This document shows, one piece after another, positions 27,218-33,088 of a stretch of 43,280 nt of DNA (position 1 is the first letter of the stretch; each line of letters begins with the position of its first letter). The position numbers and the translations under genes were made by a program. The notes beneath the pieces are model-generated. The model was not told the origin of the DNA. It saw only the letters and a program-made list of their open reading frames with translations, and did no database searches. Location of the stretch: NCBI GenBank assembly GCA_016180865.1, contig JACPAJ010000012.1, positions 1 to 43,280 on the forward strand. The letters run 5' to 3'. The stretch is from Deltaproteobacteria bacterium (GTDB lineage: Bacteria > UBA10199 > GCA-002796325 > 1-14-0-20-49-13).

Positions 27218-28045
27218 ATGACTAAGATTTCAGAGACAGCTTTTCTTGTAAATTATTTGCGCTCCAAGAATAAAGAATTGAGCGGAGATATTTACTCTGA
27301 CCTTTGGATTGAAGAGACAACATCTGAACTAGCTGAAGAGTTTCAAAGAGAGATAAACCCGCTAGAGTCATACCAATTAAGCCTCCGTCATCGTTTCTTT
27401 TTAGAGTGGGTAAAAAAAGCTATCGCTCAAGGAGTTGAGCGAGTAATCAATGTAGGTGCTGGATTCTCAACTTATACTCATTTGGTCGAGCCACCAATTC
27501 CGACCTGTGATGTTGATTATCAGCATATCGTTGCTTACAAAGCGCAGAAGCTAAAGGAGTTCGAAACAAAGAAGTTAATTCCACATCGTGAAATCGTATT
27601 TCTACCTACCGATTTAAATAATTCCAAGAGCCTCGATAAAATGAAGGAGCAACTTAAGAAATGGGTCATAACAGAAAAATCTTTGGCGATATTGGAAGGT
27701 ATCACCTACTATCTTAATAAACAGCAACTGGATAGAGTTTTTAATGTTCTCTCTAAAATTCAATCTAAAGGTAGTTTAATAGCCGTCCTTTATTGGAAAC
27801 CAGATGCAATAGATAATTCAGTTTTTAAAAAATGGATTCCCTTTGCCAAGAAAAACTATAGTTATGATCCCACCGGCTATACATATCTAACAAAGGGTTA
27901 TTTTGAAGAGTTAGATGGCTATCATATCGTGGACTTTGCAACCTACTTTGATCTTGAAAAGAGGTTTGCTAAGAACAATCGTATTAGGAAAAACAACGAT
28001 AACGTATTTCCCGAAGACTTTGTTGTATTGGAGAAAGTTAGATAA
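27218..28045 (+). CDS. Class I SAM-dependent methyltransferase, LCMT/TcmP-like
   Basis: ISETAFLVNYLRS N-terminus, VINVGAGFSTY SAM motif, CDVDYQHIV and LAILEGITYYL blocks typical of the leucine carboxyl methyltransferase-like family. ATG 27218 preferred over TTG 27158. Confidence 0.8.
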   Translation: MTKISETAFLVNYLRSKNKELSGDIYSDLWIEETTSELAEEFQREINPLESYQLSLRHRFFLEWVKKAIAQGVERVINVGAGFSTYTHLVEPPIPTCDVDYQHIVAYKAQKLKEFETKKLIPHREIVFLPTDLNNSKSLDKMKEQLKKWVITEKSLAILEGITYYLNKQQLDRVFNVLSKIQSKGSLIAVLYWKPDAIDNSVFKKWIPFAKKNYSYDPTGYTYLTKGYFEELDGYHIVDFATYFDLEKRFAKNNRIRKNNDNVFPEDFVVLEKVR

Positions 28046-28053
28046 TCTTTTAC

Positions 28054-28104
28054 TGGACAAACTTGTGTAACTGGTCATATTTAGGCTGGATTTAGCTTGC
28101 CCGC
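28054..28104 (+). promoter_or_regulatory. Promoter/operator-like module, copy A (TGGACA-N16-CATATT)
   Basis: 47 of 51 nt identical to copy B at 29988..30038. Confidence 0.6.
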
Positions 28105-28143
28105 CACTAAACCGTTGGCGGGCGATTCGCCTTTGGCGAATCG
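28100..28143 (+). repeat. Two adjacent perfect hairpins (GCCCGCCA-N9-TGGCGGGC and GATTCGCC-TTT-GGCGAATC)
   Basis: 8-bp stems read directly from the sequence. The first is the same element as 1865..1889. They abut the tRNA fragment. Confidence 0.8.
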
Positions 28144-28183
28144 GAGGGGTGTCTGAGCGGCTTAAAGAGCTGGTCTTGAAAAT
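28144..28183 (+). pseudogene. 5' half of a tRNA-Ser(UGA), ending in the anticodon loop
   Basis: 30 of 40 nt identical to the 5' half of the tRNA at 30544. The last 11 nt, GGTCTTGAAAA, are identical. The D stem carries compensatory changes (TCT/AGA versus ACC/GGT). No 3' half follows. Confidence 0.8.
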
Positions 28184-28380
28184 CTTTTAGGGGGTATTTA
28201 AAAAGGTGAAGGATATCAACAATAACCAAGCAATAACAAAAACTAAGCCCACTTTTCGATTACTGTAAACTACCGCCCTTTACTGGGGATTATTTTTAAA
28301 AATATTTAAAAAAATAAGATACATCCTACGGTGAAAAACTCTTGATGTGTTTAATATTAAGAGATAGCTGTAAATGGAAA

Positions 28381-29157
28381 ATGTTACGATTTGTTTACAT
28401 ATTTGTAATAAGCTCCTTTCTCTTACCGTTAAACGTTCAAGCCGATGACTTTTGGAGTTTAAAAAATATAAATGCTACAAAGCAAGGCATTAAAAACATA
28501 TCACAAACTGTTCATAGATGCTCCGTTGGCCTAAATGGATATTTCAAGAATAAACCTGAACACCTTGTAATCATAACCTATGGAGATAGAGATTCTTTCG
28601 TCAAAGGCTTAGTAAGCGAATTAGGCTTTTCCGTTCAGACAGCAGAATATTTTAGAAAAAGTAGTGCCCCTAGACCTATAAATGGTAAAATGTTGGTACC
28701 TCCAGACCAGCTTTTAGAAAATGTCTGTCATGAAGTAGTACATTACTATTTAGAAAGTACTACGAATAGGGATAATTTATTAAAAGCAAAATGGTTTGAC
28801 GAGGGCACAGCTTCATATCTTGCGGCAATTATCGTCAAGCCAGAATCTATTGATGAAATAATAAAATACTTTAAGAAAACATATGGAAATAATTTTATCC
28901 CTCTTTCAAAAATAGAAACGGAACATGATTGGCATCAATTACATCAAAACATGGAGAGTAGAAACAAAGCATATCTGCAAGCAATGACACAGATGAAATA
29001 TTTCTTTGATAACTATTCGGTATCCCAGTTTAATGAGATTTTGAGTCTTATGAATACTTCAACTTTTAATCAGGCATTTAAAATGATTACAGGTTTGTCG
29101 TCAAAGAAGTTTTATCGCAACTGGATAAAGTGGATGTCTAAAACGGAGAATATATGA
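28381..29157 (+). CDS. Secreted peptidase MA-like (gluzincin) protein
   Basis: Signal peptide MLRFVYIFVISSFLLPLNVQA. HEVVHYYL...WFDEGTASYL matches the HExxH...EG-x-A-x-Y layout of the peptidase_MA_2 type. Upstream TTG/ATG starts at 28342/28345 are possible. Confidence 0.75.
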   Translation: MLRFVYIFVISSFLLPLNVQADDFWSLKNINATKQGIKNISQTVHRCSVGLNGYFKNKPEHLVIITYGDRDSFVKGLVSELGFSVQTAEYFRKSSAPRPINGKMLVPPDQLLENVCHEVVHYYLESTTNRDNLLKAKWFDEGTASYLAAIIVKPESIDEIIKYFKKTYGNNFIPLSKIETEHDWHQLHQNMESRNKAYLQAMTQMKYFFDNYSVSQFNEILSLMNTSTFNQAFKMITGLSSKKFYRNWIKWMSKTENI

Positions 29158-29966
29158 ATCAAAAGAACAATAACACCGATTATCTTAAAAAGCTTGAGAC
29201 TGCTACAGGCGATTTGAAACAGATGAGCGATAAACTATTTGATATGGCTCTCCATCTTGCACTTACTGGAAAGTGGAACAATTGGGAAGAATCAATGCCT
29301 ATCGGTACTACCACTACATTTAATGAAGAAATGCTATTCAAAACAGGTGATGAGTTTATATCAAATTTAACCCGTTTGAGAATGGACTTGCTTAGCGAAG
29401 TTGACCGAATAAAATCCTACTTGGGCAATCAGAAAAAATCGCTACCAATAACAAAACCTTTATTAACAGGCCACAAAACAATAGATAAAGCCACCGGTGG
29501 CTTGAAATGTGGAGATGTCATAGCTTTAGCGGGGGCATCAAATAAAGAAACCGCCTTGAAAGTGATTACGAAGGTAGCTTTACAGGATAAAGTAAACTGT
29601 GGGATATTTTCGCTGGAGAAAAATAAGGAAAAGCTAGTTAAACAGATGCTAAGTATTGGTTCTAAAGTCGGTCTAAATAAAATTACAGGAGGTAGAATAG
29701 CATCTAATGATTGGCCTAAACTAGATAATGCCGCTGACAAGCTATCTACGTCTCCAATCTATATCAAAGACAATATTTCATCTGAACGAGAAATGTCAGA
29801 TTCTACCAGTAAGGCTAAAATAAAACTGGGGCTAATAATGGTGAAAGCTCATAACAAATCTATTCCTGTCAAATCCCTTAAAAACATCGCAACTAATTTG
29901 CAGATACCGATTATAGTAACAACAAAAAAGCCCGTGCATGATTTCGACACGGTAATAAATGTGTAG
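29154..29966 (+). CDS. DnaB C-terminal-domain-like protein with degenerate Walker A and Walker B motifs
   Basis: GHKTIDKATGGLKCGDVIALAGASNKETAL aligns with DnaB G-x-TGF-x-LD-x-T-x-GL-x-GDLII-x-ARPSMGKTAF, with GKT replaced by KET. The Walker B position reads LIMVKAHNK instead of LIVIDYLQL. ATGA overlap with the peptidase gene. Confidence 0.7.
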   Translation: MNQKNNNTDYLKKLETATGDLKQMSDKLFDMALHLALTGKWNNWEESMPIGTTTTFNEEMLFKTGDEFISNLTRLRMDLLSEVDRIKSYLGNQKKSLPITKPLLTGHKTIDKATGGLKCGDVIALAGASNKETALKVITKVALQDKVNCGIFSLEKNKEKLVKQMLSIGSKVGLNKITGGRIASNDWPKLDNAADKLSTSPIYIKDNISSEREMSDSTSKAKIKLGLIMVKAHNKSIPVKSLKNIATNLQIPIIVTTKKPVHDFDTVINV

Positions 29967-29987
29967 AAAACTTCAATCGTTTTATCG

Positions 29988-30038
29988 CTGGACAAACTTG
30001 TGTAACTGGTTATATTTAAGCCGGATTTAGTTTGCCCG
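29988..30038 (+). promoter_or_regulatory. Promoter/operator-like module, copy B (TGGACA-N16-TATATT)
   Basis: See copies A and C. The TAAC-TG-GTTA palindrome overlaps the -10. Lies 20 nt upstream of the lipoprotein start, with AAGAGGA as the SD. Confidence 0.6.
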
Positions 30039-30057
30039 TCTCTAAGAGGAAATTATT

Positions 30058-30534
30058 ATGGATCATAGAACCCTGATTTTGGTGGTGATGTTATTTGCAG
30101 TGCTTGCAGGATGCAGTCAATCTGAAAATATAACAGGTAAGGATAACCTGAGTTTGGCTAAGTCATCTTGCATTAGCAATTATGGCAGGTGGGATGAAAA
30201 GGCAGAGAGCTGTATTAGTGCCCCAACTAATGAATCTGATTGCAATAAGGAAGAAGGAGTTTGGCATAACGCCAATACCGAAAAAGGAATCGAAAAAAGC
30301 CTTCCATCCAAAATTACCCAATCATATTGTGAATTACCTGCAACGGATACAGGCAAAACATGCAAAGACAAATCAGAATGTGACAAATATTGTAAACCAA
30401 TATGCACAAATGGCGCTGAAGATTGTGCTTTGAATGAAATGAATAAGGAATATGGTGAATGCGCTAAATTTTTCGATTTATATGGCGGATATTCATGGAA
30501 CGACGGAGAAGTTGTGGAATGGCGAACATATTAA
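30058..30534 (+). CDS. Cysteine-rich lipoprotein, unknown function
   Basis: Lipobox LAGC after a hydrophobic signal. The mature part has many Cys residues. Good SD. Confidence 0.75.
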   Translation: MDHRTLILVVMLFAVLAGCSQSENITGKDNLSLAKSSCISNYGRWDEKAESCISAPTNESDCNKEEGVWHNANTEKGIEKSLPSKITQSYCELPATDTGKTCKDKSECDKYCKPICTNGAEDCALNEMNKEYGECAKFFDLYGGYSWNDGEVVEWRTY

Positions 30535-30543
30535 TTTTTCCTT

Positions 30544-30628
30544 GGAGAGGTGACCGAGTGGTTGATGGTGCCGGTCTTGAAAACCGGTGTGCAGAAATGT
30601 ACCGGGGGTTCAAATCCCTCCCTCTCCG
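30544..30628 (+). tRNA. tRNA-Ser (anticodon UGA), type II, no encoded CCA
   Basis: Acceptor GGAGAGG/CCTCTCC, D stem ACC/GGT, anticodon stem CCGGT/ACCGG with loop CTTGAAA, long variable arm, T loop TTCAAAT. Confidence 0.9.
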
Positions 30629-32991
30629 TTTGCTCCTGAAGGGGGTGAACGGAGGGGCTCCTGATTTGCTCCTGTGCTTAGGAAATGCGCGCCTTCGACT
30701 TTGGAACCATTGGAAGAATAGTTAACGTTTATCCTGCCATCGTCTTCTATATATAATTCGCTGGCGACGTCGACTGGAGGCGCAATTACTTCCGCCTTTT
30801 TCCCGATTTCATCGCACCATTGCCGGATCTTATCTGCAAGCTCATGGCCTGTGCTGCAGCCCAGAAGTATAATTCTTCCTCCGTCTTTCACCTTATTTAA
30901 GTACGTCTTGATTTCTTCATCGCTCACGTCAATTTTCGAGAGCTCATTATCATAACTTTCGCTGAGCGCAAAATCTTTTGCAGAGCCATGCCCTCCAAGA
31001 ACAAGAGCATCTACCGAATTATCGTCTTCTTTCGCCAAGGCTTCATATAACTCCGTTTCACTGTATGGCTCGGCAATCTCCAAGTTATATTTTTCAATAA
31101 TTTTATCGACGCCTTGCGCCGCAAATGCGCCGTTATGATCGTGTCCGGGCAAAGAAACGAAAGCACGAGGTTGATCATACACAGGATTTTTTATCTTTTT
31201 TACGATATCTTTATTGTATCTGCTCCAGTGAGATACTTTTTTATCATCCAGCCATTCGCAATCGGCTGCTGCTTCCGCCAAAGTTATTTTCCCGTCGAAA
31301 AATCCGGAATTATAAGCATACCCGAATAATTCAACTATGCGGTAATATCTGAATTTATTAACAACCTCCGGCCAAAGCGGATCGTTTTTCAACAGCGCTA
31401 GCTTATTATCATCAAGCAATTTAAAACCTGACATCGCTTTTGACAGATAACATTTATTAAAATACATAATATCCAAAAACATGCCCATTTCATCCCCGTT
31501 TTGGTAAACATCAAGTCTTGACGCAAAACTCATTAAATCTTCCAAATAATACGACTTGTTTCTGCCGTAAACCCCCATAAAACCGTTCACGGTATCAATG
31601 ATAAGATCATCCTTGATTTTATAATCTCTCATTCTCTTGATGCAGGAGTTAATCGAGCGAAGGCTTGGAAACCCGAGCGAAATAATGTCGGCGAATCTCT
31701 CTTTTGCTTCAGAAGAAACATTCATTTCTTTTAATTGGCCAAAAAGTTCTTTTAGCTCTCCTTCGGAGAAATCATATTTATAAGATGACGCTTGCACAGC
31801 CCAGCAAAGTCTCTTATCTTCAGGAACAATACCTTCTGCCACTTCAAACGCTCTCGGTATAACATTAAAATTTTTCCCACTGAAAAAACACACTTTAATA
31901 ATTCTTCGAAGTTGTTCTTTATCTTTGGAAATATTTTTCAGCCATTTTACATTATCAGCAAACGTCGAAAATGGAAAACCAGCGTAAGAATCGCCAACAT
32001 CCCCTGCTGCTAAATATTTTTTTAAATCCGCAACGGGATCCAGTTCGGCCAGCATCAATCCCTCCGCAACCTTTGGGATTGAATCTATTATTTGACCGGC
32101 CGCAAAATATCGCGAGGCGGATTTTATTATTATCTTGATATCTTCTTCTCCAACACCCCTCTCTCTTAAATATCTGACTGCTGATTCTAACCTGCCATCG
32201 AATATGCAAAGGCCGTTAAGATGCTCTCTTTTTTCCTCCAGTGCAGCTCTTACAAATGAAGCTAATTCAAAACTGTCGAAAAGCTTTAGCCCGGCATTTA
32301 TAGAAATCATGTCTTCCGCATATTTCAAAGCAAAAGGATCTCTTTTGATTATCTCTTTTATTTCGGCATCGGTCAGCCCCAAACCGGAATATGCGCCGAT
32401 GGCGCCTTGCAAATGCCCGGCTAATACGGTCACAGAAAAAGGGCCTTCGACGATTATCGATTTTAAGAATCCTTTCTTTTCGTCTTCGGAATTAAACTTC
32501 AATTTGCCAAGAGCTTCATAAGCCTTGGTTATCATTCCTCCTTCACCAGCACGGTATGCATAATAACCCGCTCCATCAACGATTTGAGATTCAGAGAGGC
32601 CGATAAGACCAAACTCCGGAACCCGTTCAGCTATCGGCTTCAGATAGTTTTTTATCCCCTCATCATAATTCGACTCCTCCCTATTAACGATAAACCCTGA
32701 AAGGAGAAAAAGTTTTTCATAAGGGTCGGCGATAGAACACTTTTCCAGCTCTGCATTGAACCTGCTAAGTAGATTTTTGGAAAATATCTTTGAAACAGCA
32801 CGCTCTTCCAAAGGAGAGTTTTTGAAGCTAAGATATTCTTCAAGCGTAATAATTTTATCCCCGTTCGCATCCGCCAAAGAAATATCCGATTTCCCATCGG
32901 CATGCTGGAGCTCCGCCTCATCAATCCTAAAATCCTCATTAGAATCAACCGGTTGGAAGCTTTTCAGTATCTCTCTGATATACGTAGTCAT
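30610..32991 (-). CDS. Large (793 aa) multidomain protein: N-terminal EF-hand-like loop, C-terminal His/Cys module (caspase/CHAT- or DUF4347-like)
   Basis: [12 protein letters not shown] fits most EF-hand loop positions. The C-terminus has ALVLGGHGS ... [14 protein letters not shown], the beta-strand-His ... beta-strand-Cys layout of caspase-fold/CHAT-like domains. The last 19 nt overlap the tRNA-Ser gene on the opposite strand. Confidence 0.7.
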   Translation of the reverse strand: MTTYIREILKSFQPVDSNEDFRIDEAELQHADGKSDISLADANGDKIITLEEYLSFKNSPLEERAVSKIFSKNLLSRFNAELEKCSIADPYEKLFLLSGFIVNREESNYDEGIKNYLKPIAERVPEFGLIGLSESQIVDGAGYYAYRAGEGGMITKAYEALGKLKFNSEDEKKGFLKSIIVEGPFSVTVLAGHLQGAIGAYSGLGLTDAEIKEIIKRDPFALKYAEDMISINAGLKLFDSFELASFVRAALEEKREHLNGLCIFDGRLESAVRYLRERGVGEEDIKIIIKSASRYFAAGQIIDSIPKVAEGLMLAELDPVADLKKYLAAGDVGDSYAGFPFSTFADNVKWLKNISKDKEQLRRIIKVCFFSGKNFNVIPRAFEVAEGIVPEDKRLCWAVQASSYKYDFSEGELKELFGQLKEMNVSSEAKERFADIISLGFPSLRSINSCIKRMRDYKIKDDLIIDTVNGFMGVYGRNKSYYLEDLMSFASRLDVYQNGDEMGMFLDIMYFNKCYLSKAMSGFKLLDDNKLALLKNDPLWPEVVNKFRYYRIVELFGYAYNSGFFDGKITLAEAAADCEWLDDKKVSHWSRYNKDIVKKIKNPVYDQPRAFVSLPGHDHNGAFAAQGVDKIIEKYNLEIAEPYSETELYEALAKEDDNSVDALVLGGHGSAKDFALSESYDNELSKIDVSDEEIKTYLNKVKDGGRIILLGCSTGHELADKIRQWCDEIGKKAEVIAPPVDVASELYIEDDGRINVNYSSNGSKVEGAHFLSTGANQEPLRSPPSGANGEGGI

Positions 32992-33088
32992 AGCTTATTA
33001 TTATTATCGGCTGGTTGTATACCGTAAGTTGCTAATATTAATAACTTTCCAATTGAAAACCGGCCTGAATCTGGTAGCAGCTATATCT

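Noticed and set aside
28144-28183. Split-tRNA gene (separately encoded functional 5' half, as in some archaea).
   Set aside because: An intact tRNA-Ser(UGA) exists 2.4 kb downstream. I found no separate 3' half or complementary leader, and the organism is bacterial by gene content. An integration scar is the simpler explanation.
28037-30050. Integron attC interpretation of the repeated modules between plus-strand cassettes.
   Set aside because: I could not find RYYYAAC / GTTRRRY core sites in the right positions. The 51-nt module is not an imperfect palindrome, and no intI-type integrase is present. The sequence fits a -35/-10 promoter much better.
32756-33088. N-terminal 111-aa extension of the acyl-CoA synthetase ORF given in the track.
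   Set aside because: The extension overlaps the 5' part of the convergently read 793-aa gene and has no homology-like features. The conserved CoA-binding domain begins right at ATG 33089.
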